A stretch of DNA of 64,000 nucleotides from an uncultured virus (IMG/VR IMGVR_UViG_3300042888_000268). Lineage: Duplodnaviria > Heunggongvirae > Uroviricota > Caudoviricetes. Position numbers and translations under genes: made by a program. Below are positions 8,918 to 17,225 of this stretch, one piece after another; positions within the stretch are counted from its first letter, which is position 1; each line of letters begins with the position of its first letter. The notes under the pieces are model-generated. The model was not told the DNA's origin. It made no database searches and saw only the letters and a program-made list of their open reading frames with translations. The stretch lies in the IMG/VR virus record IMGVR_UViG_3300042888_000268; one strand, written 5' to 3'.

Positions 8918-10858
8918 ATGAAACAAGATTTACCAACCCATTGGGTTATGGATTATGAAACCCTTGTCAACTGTTTTGTAGGTGTGTTTCAACACTACAA
9001 AGATGACAGCATTAGTGAAATATTTATTATCACTAAAGACCAAAATGATTTACCTAAATTTATTGATTTTTTAAAGAAATGTGTACAGCTTAATCAGTGG
9101 CATATATCTTATAATGGTCTAGCATTTGATGCTCAGATCTCTCAACACATACTTAAAAATGAAGCTAAGTTGTTGAAACTTAGTGGATTAGAAGTAGCTA
9201 TGTATATTCATAAGCTAGCTCAAAGTATTATTGACAAGTCTAATAGAGGAGAGTTCCAAGAGTTTGCACCTAGACAGCTTAAAATTAGACAGATAGATTT
9301 ATTTAAAATGAATCACTGGGATAATAAAGCTAAGATGTCTTCTCTTAAATGGATACAGTATTCTATGGACTGGCAGAATGTAGAAGAAATGCCTCATCCT
9401 CATTTTGAACCTGTTGAGAATGATCAGCAGCTGCAGGATATAATAACTTATTGTATTAATGATGTACAATCTACTAAGAAGATATTTGATTACTCTAAAG
9501 AGCAAATAGAGCTTAGAAAGACTCTTACTAATGAATACGGTATAGATCTCTATTCTGCTTCAGAGCCTAGAATTTCTAAAGAACTATTCTTATTCTTCCT
9601 TGAGAAGAAACTAGGATGGGATAAAACAGAAATTAAAAGACTCAGAACAAAACGTGATGAGATATATCTTGGACAATGTATATTGCCTTATATTAAATTC
9701 CAGACAGCAGAGTTTCAGAAGATTCATGACTACTTTAGAACTAAGGTGGTTACATCTACTAAAGACAAGTTAAAATACACGCTTGATTATAAGGGTGTAA
9801 AAACTGACTACGGTCTTGGCGGTATCCATGGTGCAAAGGATGCAGGTGTATATGAAGCTAAGCCGGGATGGACAATAGTAACTTCAGATGTTACTAGTTA
9901 CTATCCTAATCTAGCTATTAAGAATAAGTTTCATCCAGAGCATCTCCCGCAGAAGGAGTTTGGTGACTTGTACGAATGGTTCTTTGAAGAGAGAAAGAAG
10001 ATACCTAAGACAGATCCAAAGAACTATGTATATAAATTGATACTAAATAGTACATACGGTCTTACAGGTGATGAAAACTCTTTCTTGTACGATCCTAGGA
10101 TGACTATGCAGATTACTATCAATGGTCAACTGTTACTATCTATGCTTTATGAGCAACTGAGTTTAGCTATACCTGAAGCTATTCCGCTTATGCAGAATAC
10201 AGATGGTCTAGAGATGATGATTCCTACTAGTGAATACAGTAAGTATATGGATGTCTGTGCACAGTGGGAAGTAATGACTCAACTTAATCTAGAACATGAC
10301 GAGTATTCTAAGATGGTTATTGCAGACGTAAATAACTATATAGCTGTACACAAAAATGGAAAGGTTAAGTCTAAAGGTAAGTTTGAATGGGAAGACCTAG
10401 AGAAAAAGAAGGTGGGGATATTTCATAAAAATAAATCTTTTCTTATTATTCCTAAAGCCATCTATGCCTACTTTGTTTATGGTACACTACCAGAAGAGTT
10501 TCTTGCCCAGAATAAATCTGTATATGATTACTGTGGCGGGGTTAAAGCTAAGTTTGGGTGGTACTATGAAGAAAGAAGTTTAGTTAATGGTGAGCTAGTT
10601 ACAAATAGATTGCAAAAGATTGTTAGATATTATGTAAGCAAGTCAGGAACTAAAATTATGAAATGTCATTCTGATGGCAGAGAGATGCAGGTGGAAGCCG
10701 GGGAATGGATGCAGAAGATAGCTAATGAAATAGATCCAAATATAGCTTACGAAGCATACGATATAGATACAGAATATTATTTAGAAAACATATACAAGCA
10801 AATAGAGCAGATTAATAAGATTAAGCTTAGCTCTTTCACACAATTATCATTATTTTAA
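8918..10858 (+). CDS. polB: Family B DNA polymerase with 3'-5' exonuclease
   Basis: ExoI DYET, ExoII YNGLAFD, ExoIII YCINDV; polymerase motifs SDVTSYYP, KLILNSTYG and NTDG. Confidence 0.93.
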   Translation: MKQDLPTHWVMDYETLVNCFVGVFQHYKDDSISEIFIITKDQNDLPKFIDFLKKCVQLNQWHISYNGLAFDAQISQHILKNEAKLLKLSGLEVAMYIHKLAQSIIDKSNRGEFQEFAPRQLKIRQIDLFKMNHWDNKAKMSSLKWIQYSMDWQNVEEMPHPHFEPVENDQQLQDIITYCINDVQSTKKIFDYSKEQIELRKTLTNEYGIDLYSASEPRISKELFLFFLEKKLGWDKTEIKRLRTKRDEIYLGQCILPYIKFQTAEFQKIHDYFRTKVVTSTKDKLKYTLDYKGVKTDYGLGGIHGAKDAGVYEAKPGWTIVTSDVTSYYPNLAIKNKFHPEHLPQKEFGDLYEWFFEERKKIPKTDPKNYVYKLILNSTYGLTGDENSFLYDPRMTMQITINGQLLLSMLYEQLSLAIPEAIPLMQNTDGLEMMIPTSEYSKYMDVCAQWEVMTQLNLEHDEYSKMVIADVNNYIAVHKNGKVKSKGKFEWEDLEKKKVGIFHKNKSFLIIPKAIYAYFVYGTLPEEFLAQNKSVYDYCGGVKAKFGWYYEERSLVNGELVTNRLQKIVRYYVSKSGTKIMKCHSDGREMQVEAGEWMQKIANEIDPNIAYEAYDIDTEYYLENIYKQIEQINKIKLSSFTQLSLF

Positions 10859-10868
10859 AATTACAATT

Positions 10869-11675
10869 ATGCCAGCAAAAACAGAGTTTACAACTGAGCA
10901 GCGTATTAGATCCGCTAATTTACCTACCCATGGTAAGACTTACACAACTATCCCTCACGGATATGTTATAGACGAAACAAGAAGAGAACTGCAAGCTGCA
11001 GGTTTTCATATACAAAAAGAAGTTTACAAGACTAATCTAGATGGTCAAGTGGCACAAGGTATATATCACTTAAATTATGGCAGTGACTCAGATATGGGTC
11101 TAATGTTTGCATGGTCAAACAGCTATAATAAGATGATGAAATTTAAATGTGCTGTAGGTGCACAAGTATTTATCTGTATGAATGGAATGGTATCTGGAGA
11201 CTTATCCAACTACTCAAGAAAACATACAGGTAATGCTTTGCAGGAAGCTACAGATACTATTAAACACCAAATTTCTAATGCTAGAACATACTACGATCAA
11301 CTAGTTAAAGATAAGGAGATGTTAAAAGTTATTACATTAACTAAAAGTCAGCAAGCAGCTATAGTAGGTCAGTTATTGATTGAACAAGATGTACTAACTC
11401 TTAGCCAAGTTGGTATTGTTAAGCGTGAGATAGAAACTCCTACGCATACTTATAACGCCCCGGCTGATTCAGCATGGACATTATACAATCATATTACGCT
11501 AGCTTTAAAAGACTCACATCCAATGAGTTATTTAAACGATCATCAGAAGTTGCACAGTTTCTTTGTAGATCAATATAGAATTACTAAGAAATTTATACAA
11601 CCAGAATTACTATTTGTAGAAGAAGCTGAAGAAGCTTTAGTAGAAAGTGATGATAGTGGTGTAATCTTTTTATAA
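10869..11675 (+). CDS. DUF932/DUF945-like protein
   Basis: WSNSYN...GAQVFICMNGMV...RKHTG and WTLYNHIT motifs. Confidence 0.7.
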   Translation: MPAKTEFTTEQRIRSANLPTHGKTYTTIPHGYVIDETRRELQAAGFHIQKEVYKTNLDGQVAQGIYHLNYGSDSDMGLMFAWSNSYNKMMKFKCAVGAQVFICMNGMVSGDLSNYSRKHTGNALQEATDTIKHQISNARTYYDQLVKDKEMLKVITLTKSQQAAIVGQLLIEQDVLTLSQVGIVKREIETPTHTYNAPADSAWTLYNHITLALKDSHPMSYLNDHQKLHSFFVDQYRITKKFIQPELLFVEEAEEALVESDDSGVIFL

Positions 11676-11683
11676 AATCTTAT

Positions 11684-12022
11684 ATGGAAGACAGCATAGG
11701 TTCAGTATTTAAATCAGTGTTACAACATCTAAAGTGTATTGAAGTGAGACTAGACTGTGCAAAAGCTCTAACTAGTCAAAAACAGAAATATGCCTTAGGT
11801 AATGCTGTACAGAAAGTAAAGCTAGCTATTAACCATATATGTGATCTATTACCAGACTCAAAGGGTGCAATGGAAGTAAAGAAAGAATTAGATAGTGAAC
11901 ATCTAGTTTATATAATGTTACTGACAGAGCAGCTCTTTGATCTTGGTAGTGATGACTTAGAAGAAATAATAGAGCTAGTAGATAATCATATTAACAAAAA
12001 GTATGGCAAGGGAGAAATGTAA
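11684..12022 (+). CDS. Hypothetical protein
   Basis: 112-aa helical ORF in the operon. Confidence 0.6.
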   Translation: MEDSIGSVFKSVLQHLKCIEVRLDCAKALTSQKQKYALGNAVQKVKLAINHICDLLPDSKGAMEVKKELDSEHLVYIMLLTEQLFDLGSDDLEEIIELVDNHINKKYGKGEM

Positions 12023-12359
12023 AGTGACTGGCAAGTCTAGGTTTCCAACACCTGGAGAAGCTAAGGAAGCTATGACTAGTCTCAAGTCAAGTAAAAGATA
12101 CTATGATACAACAGGTAAAAGAATAAATAGAGGAGCAGGTAAAGTAAAACAATGTAGATTTTACTACTGCTGCCACTGTAATGGTTATCATATGACTAGT
12201 CAAGATGCACCTTTAAATCAAAAAAAGAGAGAAAGAATGCATAAAGATAGAGTAGAGTCTACTAAGACTTTGGTAAAAAATAAACAAGAGGCAGCAGAGT
12301 GGATGAAAGACTCTCTGCCATTTCCTGAAACTAAAATTAATAACAATGAAGTGGTATAA
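12003..12359 (+). CDS. Small basic Zn-finger-like protein
   Basis: CKVTGK...RFYYCCHCNGYHMTS, the RxYxCxxCxGxHxTS motif common in phage proteins. Confidence 0.65.
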   Translation: MAREKCKVTGKSRFPTPGEAKEAMTSLKSSKRYYDTTGKRINRGAGKVKQCRFYYCCHCNGYHMTSQDAPLNQKKRERMHKDRVESTKTLVKNKQEAAEWMKDSLPFPETKINNNEVV

Positions 12360-12666
12360 ATTAAATGAAGATCACAGTGTAGAACTATTCCCAGAAGGTG
12401 AGTATCCTTTAAACGGTGATTTACGTAGTGCTATTAAACACATAGGAGACGATGTAGTAAATGATCAAAGAATCTCTACAGTGTTTTTACATCTAGATCA
12501 TAACTGGAACCCAGATGGTGAACCAGTATTATTTGAAACCATGATCTTTGGTGGAGAGTATGATGAAGAGATGTGGAGATACTGTACATGGGATGAAGCT
12601 AAAGCTGGACATGACAGAATTGTAAATTGCCTTAAAGAAGGTGTAACACCAATAGAAATTATATGA
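12346..12666 (+). CDS. Conserved phage hypothetical protein
   Basis: ISTVFLHLDH...LFETMIFGG...RYCTWDEAKAGH motif set. Confidence 0.7.
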   Translation: MKWYKLNEDHSVELFPEGEYPLNGDLRSAIKHIGDDVVNDQRISTVFLHLDHNWNPDGEPVLFETMIFGGEYDEEMWRYCTWDEAKAGHDRIVNCLKEGVTPIEII

Positions 12667-13400
12667 TTATAGGAATTAACGGATATGCCGGCAGTGGGAA
12701 AGACACTGTCGGTACTATCATACAGTATTTAATGTGTTCTAAACACGATCCTAATGTATCCTTAGATGATATAATAAATGAAACTGAGTATCATCAGTGG
12801 TGGTTAGAAGACGAGTCTGGATGGGAAGTAAAGAAATGGGCAGGTAAACTTAAAGCTATTGCCAGTATGCTAACTGGTATACCTCAAGAAAAGTTTGAAG
12901 ACCAAGAGTTTAAAAAAACTAATTTGGAAATGCAGTGGTCTACACTTAAAATGAAACCTGGTAAACGCCAAGACGGCATTTTCCCAAAGAAAATAGATAT
13001 GAATATAGTACCAATGACTGTTAGAGATTTCTTGCAGAAGCTAGGTACTGATGCTATTAGAGATGGTTTACATACTAATGCATGGGTTAATGCTCTAATG
13101 TCTGATTATACACCTACACAAGTACAATGGTCAGATGGACCCTTAGGTGGGTATGAAGATGGTCCAATGCCTAATTGGATTATTACAGATACTAGATTTC
13201 CTAATGAAGCACAAGCTATTAAGGATGCAGGAGGTTTAGTAATCCGTGTAGATAGACCAGGCGTTAAACCTATCAACGATCATCCTAGTGAAATAGGATT
13301 AGATGGTTGGAAGTTTGACTATAAGATAGCTAACGTGTCTGATCTTAAAGCTCTTACTGGGACAGTAGAGATGATATTATTAAAAGAAAACTTATTGTAA
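12663..13400 (+). CDS. Deoxynucleoside monophosphate kinase
   Basis: P-loop GYAGSGKDT, RDFLQKLGTD, ITDTRFPNE and HPSE motifs (T4 gp1-like). Confidence 0.88.
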   Translation: MIIGINGYAGSGKDTVGTIIQYLMCSKHDPNVSLDDIINETEYHQWWLEDESGWEVKKWAGKLKAIASMLTGIPQEKFEDQEFKKTNLEMQWSTLKMKPGKRQDGIFPKKIDMNIVPMTVRDFLQKLGTDAIRDGLHTNAWVNALMSDYTPTQVQWSDGPLGGYEDGPMPNWIITDTRFPNEAQAIKDAGGLVIRVDRPGVKPINDHPSEIGLDGWKFDYKIANVSDLKALTGTVEMILLKENLL

Positions 13401-13756
13401 TGTGTGAACACTGTATAACCTATGGAGATAATAATGACGATGTATATGAAGTTACTCAAGAAGATATTAATCTTTGGAAAGATAACGGTAAATACTTTGG
13501 CTATCCTAAATGCTGCATAGAAGAATTTTGTAATAGAGAAAGTATTGATATTACTCCAGAGCAGGAGCAAGTTATTGATAATCATGGGTTTATCCCATGT
13601 CAGAAACATGCTATCATGATCTTGGAAAATAAAACCACTTTAAAAGACCTTATTAATAATAGAGAGTGCCAATACGTTTATCCTATGGATGATGAAGACG
13701 CTGAACTAATGAAATTTCTAATAGAAAATGACCCAGAATTCCAAATTAACGACTGA
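13400..13756 (+). CDS. Hypothetical protein with GYPxCC motif
   Basis: GKYFGYPKCCIEEF...FIPCQKH. Confidence 0.6.
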   Translation: MCEHCITYGDNNDDVYEVTQEDINLWKDNGKYFGYPKCCIEEFCNRESIDITPEQEQVIDNHGFIPCQKHAIMILENKTTLKDLINNRECQYVYPMDDEDAELMKFLIENDPEFQIND

Positions 13757-13803
13757 TAAGTCCGTAAAGAAAAGAAAAAGATTTAAAATTCCTTATGTTA
13801 AAG

Positions 13804-13811
13804 TAACTTTG
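13804..13811 (+). promoter_or_regulatory. Bacteroidota-type -7 box
   Basis: TAACTTTG in the intergenic gap before 13852. Confidence 0.4.
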
Positions 13812-13851
13812 CAGCAGGATAAATCAGTATATAAAAATAATAGTAAACTAT

Positions 13852-14544
13852 ATGAAAATTCTACACATAAGTGATACTCATGGATTTCACAATACCTTCC
13901 CAGAAACAACCTGGGAGGGTATTGATGTAGTAGTCCATAGTGGAGACTGTTCTAATTACTATGATGTATTTAGAAATGAGCAAGAAGTAGTTAACTTCTT
14001 AAATTGGTATGAGCTTGTACCCGTAAAGTATAAAATATACGTAGCGGGTAACCATGATACCTCTATAGAAAGAAAGAGAATAACTAAAGAAGACTTTGAA
14101 AAACGTGGTCTTATCTATTTAGAAGACTCATTTACAAATATAGATGGGATTAAGTTCTATGGTTCTCCTTATACACCAACATTTGGTCAGTGGGCATTTA
14201 TGAAAGCTCGTGACAAGATGCATGATGTATGGCAGGCTGTACCAGAAGATACTCATGTACTAGTAGTTCATGGTCCTCCTAAAGCAATTAGAGATTTATC
14301 ATTTGATAGAAATGGTGACTTAGAGTTCTGTGGAGATATGGCTCTTTATAAAAGATGTATGCAATTAAAAGATACTCTTAAACTAGTATGTTTTGGACAT
14401 ATTCATAATATGGATGGTGTACCAACTAACCAAGGCATATCTCGTTTTGCACATACCTCTACAGCATTTTCTAATGCAGCTTGTGTATATGACGGACGCT
14501 TTGATTTAGGTCTACTATCTTTTGGTAATAAATTTAAATTCTAA
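13852..14544 (+). CDS. Calcineurin-like metallophosphoesterase (MPPED-like)
   Basis: SDTHG, HSGD, AGNHD, HGPP and FGHIH motifs. Confidence 0.9.
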   Translation: MKILHISDTHGFHNTFPETTWEGIDVVVHSGDCSNYYDVFRNEQEVVNFLNWYELVPVKYKIYVAGNHDTSIERKRITKEDFEKRGLIYLEDSFTNIDGIKFYGSPYTPTFGQWAFMKARDKMHDVWQAVPEDTHVLVVHGPPKAIRDLSFDRNGDLEFCGDMALYKRCMQLKDTLKLVCFGHIHNMDGVPTNQGISRFAHTSTAFSNAACVYDGRFDLGLLSFGNKFKF

Positions 14545-14547
14545 TAT

Positions 14548-14760
14548 ATGTTTTATTTAATCAATTACTGGATAATAACAACGATCATTGCTGTACGTTG
14601 GGTGATAAAAAACCCATCATCTAAATTTGGAGATCATGACCAAGTTCATTTTACATTATTAGAAGTGGCAGGTGTACTATTTCCATGTGCAATAGTAGGT
14701 TGGGTAGCTGTTCCTATTGGAATACTACATTCTATAAAATTTAAAAGAAATAAATTATGA
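14548..14760 (+). CDS. Small membrane protein
   Basis: Two hydrophobic segments in 70 aa. Confidence 0.55.
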   Translation: MFYLINYWIITTIIAVRWVIKNPSSKFGDHDQVHFTLLEVAGVLFPCAIVGWVAVPIGILHSIKFKRNKL

Positions 14761-14987
14761 AAGACAAATGTATTTTATGTGATGCTGATACAGCATATGA
14801 TAGTTCTACCCATATAGATATGAGAGTAGGATATATAGAAGGTGCAGGACAGTTATGTCATGCCTGTTGGATGAGAGGTACAGATAGAAGACACTTCTTA
14901 GTACCACATAGTATTGTTTACAACACTCCTAATGATCAAGAGTTAGGAGCTAAAGTAAGAGAATTATACAATGAAACAGAAAGCTAA
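14757..14987 (+). CDS. Conserved phage hypothetical Zn-ribbon protein
   Basis: CILC...HIDMRVGYIEGAGQLCHAC. Confidence 0.65.
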   Translation: MKDKCILCDADTAYDSSTHIDMRVGYIEGAGQLCHACWMRGTDRRHFLVPHSIVYNTPNDQELGAKVRELYNETES

Positions 14988-15240
14988 CGTTGCAGAAGAT
15001 CTTATTAACCAAATGTTTATTATAGCTGGCCATCCAGAGGTCAGCTATAATGACATCCTTGATAGAAAAGATGCTTGGTACACTGAATGGACTATGACTG
15101 AAGCTCAAAGAGATGAGTGGAAAGAATGGTGCTTCAACTATCTAAAGAAGAACAAAAAAGCATGGACTAAAAGGCTAGTAGAAAGAGAAGTAGCAATGTT
15201 TGACTTATGCTATGGTTTAAAAATAGATGATACTAAATAA
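14971..15240 (+). CDS. Hypothetical protein
   Basis: 89-aa Trp-rich ORF overlapping the upstream stop. Confidence 0.6.
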   Translation: MKQKANVAEDLINQMFIIAGHPEVSYNDILDRKDAWYTEWTMTEAQRDEWKEWCFNYLKKNKKAWTKRLVEREVAMFDLCYGLKIDDTK

Positions 15241-15244
15241 TTAA

Positions 15245-15252
15245 TAAATTTG
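15245..15252 (+). promoter_or_regulatory. Possible Bacteroidota-type -7 box
   Basis: TAAATTTG, 4 nt before the ATG at 15257, so the transcript would be nearly leaderless. Confidence 0.3.
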
Positions 15253-15256
15253 CAAT

Positions 15257-15532
15257 ATGTACAAAGCAGACATTTTATATGAGGATACATGTATTAGAGT
15301 GTATGACCCAGAGAAAAAAGAGTTAATAGCAGTTTTTAAAACCTATGCTAAAGCGTCTAGTAGACTTGGAGTGAGAGCATCAACGGTTCAACATAAATGT
15401 GAATCTAAACGTAGAATGCTTTCTCCAATACTAAACAAAGAAGTGGCCTGCAGAATAGGTGTAATAAAGGACGGTGACAAAGAATTAATAGACCGTACCG
15501 AAAAGTATTTAACAATTAAATCTATAAAATGA
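15257..15532 (+). CDS. NUMOD1-like HTH protein
   Basis: VYDPEKKELIAVFKTYAKASSRLGVRASTVQHKC resembles NUMOD1 DNA-binding motifs. Confidence 0.5.
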   Translation: MYKADILYEDTCIRVYDPEKKELIAVFKTYAKASSRLGVRASTVQHKCESKRRMLSPILNKEVACRIGVIKDGDKELIDRTEKYLTIKSIK

Positions 15533-15798
15533 AAAAGTATATAACAGCAATTTTAAGTATAGGAACAATTAGCTTATTGTTCTATACCCTATTTGATCTT
15601 AAGAATCAAGTAAAACAAATACCAGTGTTGCAACATCAATTAGACAGTGTGACTATTCAGTTAGATAGTTTATCTCTAATTAATTTTCAAAATGAAGTGC
15701 AAAATGGTAGATATGAAATAACTTTGGAGCAGCTTAAAGAAACTAATCCTAAAGCCGCTAAAGAGTTTGAAGAATTTATGAACAGTAAAACTGAATAA
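15529..15798 (+). CDS. Membrane-anchored coiled-coil protein
   Basis: N-terminal hydrophobic helix followed by a heptad-like segment. Confidence 0.6.
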   Translation: MKKYITAILSIGTISLLFYTLFDLKNQVKQIPVLQHQLDSVTIQLDSLSLINFQNEVQNGRYEITLEQLKETNPKAAKEFEEFMNSKTE

Positions 15799-15799
15799 A

Positions 15800-15922
15800 A
15801 TGAAGCAGTGGTTTAACAAAATCAAAAAGTATAATTGGACATTCCTAATAGTATGGGTATCAATATTTATACTATCATTTACTTTATGGTATTACATCTT
15901 TAAAATAGTAAAAAGCTTATGA
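15800..15922 (+). CDS. Small single-pass membrane protein (not in the ORF track)
   Basis: MKQWFNKIKKYNWTFLIVWVSIFILSFTLWYYIFKIVKSL (40 aa) exactly fills the gap and has an ATGA overlap with the thioredoxin gene. Confidence 0.65.
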   Translation: MKQWFNKIKKYNWTFLIVWVSIFILSFTLWYYIFKIVKSL

Positions 15923-16179
15923 GCACTTTAGAAGTAAAAACATTTATAGAAGACTGGTGTCCCACTTGTCAGAAAGTAGCACCAGGACTTTTAAACCTAG
16001 AAAGTAGGTATAATACAAGACTATCTTGGCAGAATTTAAACACTGACCAACATGGAGAAGCATATGAGGTTGGAGCAATACCTACAGTTATTTTTGTAAA
16101 AGACGGAGTGGAGGTAGAAAGAATGGTTGGAGAAAGACCTGCATTCCTCTATGAAGAGACTATTCTTAAATACTTGTAG
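15919..16179 (+). CDS. Thioredoxin-like protein
   Basis: WCPTC active site, cis-Pro motif IPT and KDGVEVERMVG. Confidence 0.88.
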   Translation: MSTLEVKTFIEDWCPTCQKVAPGLLNLESRYNTRLSWQNLNTDQHGEAYEVGAIPTVIFVKDGVEVERMVGERPAFLYEETILKYL

Positions 16180-16181
16180 AT

Positions 16182-16445
16182 ATGTCAACACCTACTAAGT
16201 ATAGACTAACAAGATTAAATGACGGTCTTGTTAAAGAAGGTATACAGATAGTTTGGATTAACTATAAGCTCACCGGCAACTCTAAATATAAACGCCCCGC
16301 TAAAGGTAGAGGGTTAGTTATATATAGAGGCATGGCTGACTACTGGCAAACTACAAGAGTACAGTCTTTTACAAGAGTGAAAGGTGGCACCGTAATATTT
16401 ACTACAGAAAATAGTAACTATATATTAGAAACAATAAAGATTTAG
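16182..16445 (+). CDS. Hypothetical protein
   Basis: WQTTRV...FTTENSNY motif seen in phage hypothetical proteins. Confidence 0.6.
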   Translation: MSTPTKYRLTRLNDGLVKEGIQIVWINYKLTGNSKYKRPAKGRGLVIYRGMADYWQTTRVQSFTRVKGGTVIFTTENSNYILETIKI

Positions 16446-16446
16446 C

Positions 16447-17049
16447 ATGAGTCATCAGCTAGAAAAGTATAAAGACTACTACTTAGAAAACGACAGAGTA
16501 ATCTTCACAGCTGCTTTTCACATAAACAGAGGAAGCTGCTGTGGTAGTGGGTGCCGCCACTGTCCATACACTAAACCTCATACAAGAGGTAACATTAAAA
16601 TATTAGAAAATATGAAAACAGCTCTCTATCTAGATGATGTAAGAACACCTACAGATACTATTCCAGGCTATGAGCCTTGGAATGTAGTGAGAAACTACGA
16701 AGAGTTTACTAGTTGGATTTTAGTTAATGGTATACCAGACTTAATCAGCTTTGACCACGATCTAGCTGAGGAGCATATAGATGACTATTTTAGCCAGCTG
16801 GCTTCTCAGGGATATCAGCATCCCAATTATGATAAATATGCTGAAAAAACAGGCTTAGACTGTGCTAAATGGTTAGTAGATCTTGTACAAGCTAATCCCA
16901 AGTTAGTAATTAAAGCCTGTTCTGTACATAGCCATAACCCAGTTGGAGCTAATAATATACATAGCTTCATCAATGGCTTTAAAAAACACATGGGTTGGGC
17001 TGAAGATTGTTATATAGGGAAGCACCCTTTCACTGTAGAAAACAAATAA
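16447..17049 (+). CDS. DUF5522-like Cys-rich domain fused to a cyclic-phosphate-processing receiver-like domain
   Basis: N-terminal RGSCCGSGCRHCPY, then LYLDDVR...ISFDHDL...TGLDCAKWL...HSHNPVG. Confidence 0.7.
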   Translation: MSHQLEKYKDYYLENDRVIFTAAFHINRGSCCGSGCRHCPYTKPHTRGNIKILENMKTALYLDDVRTPTDTIPGYEPWNVVRNYEEFTSWILVNGIPDLISFDHDLAEEHIDDYFSQLASQGYQHPNYDKYAEKTGLDCAKWLVDLVQANPKLVIKACSVHSHNPVGANNIHSFINGFKKHMGWAEDCYIGKHPFTVENK

Positions 17050-17051
17050 AT

Positions 17052-17222
17052 ATGCAAATAAGTATCTCACTACTAAGTAAAAATGAAACACTACTTGGTC
17101 TTATGATGGACCAAGGAGAACATGAAAGAGCAGAAAAGGTATGGGTACCTTTTACACGTCTAAAATTAGGATTTATATTCCTAACTCTAGACTGTATGTG
17201 GTATCATAATATCAAAAAGTAG
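17052..17222 (+). CDS. Hypothetical protein, last gene of the + arm
   Basis: Likely start MQISIS at 17052. Confidence 0.45.
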   Translation: MQISISLLSKNETLLGLMMDQGEHERAEKVWVPFTRLKLGFIFLTLDCMWYHNIKK

Positions 17223-17225
17223 TTA

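Noticed and set aside
13728..13874. 48-aa basic ORF (MTQNSKLTTDKSVKKRKRF...) bridging the gap before the phosphoesterase
   Set aside because: It overlaps both neighbours by more than 20 nt, contains a candidate promoter box and has no motif support. Possible but unsupported.
3055..17091. Short alternative-frame or antisense ORFs in the + arm (3055-3249, 3081-3281, 4319-4603, 9299-9505, 13319-13609, 16903-17091)
   Set aside because: They overlap well-supported genes and show no recognisable features.
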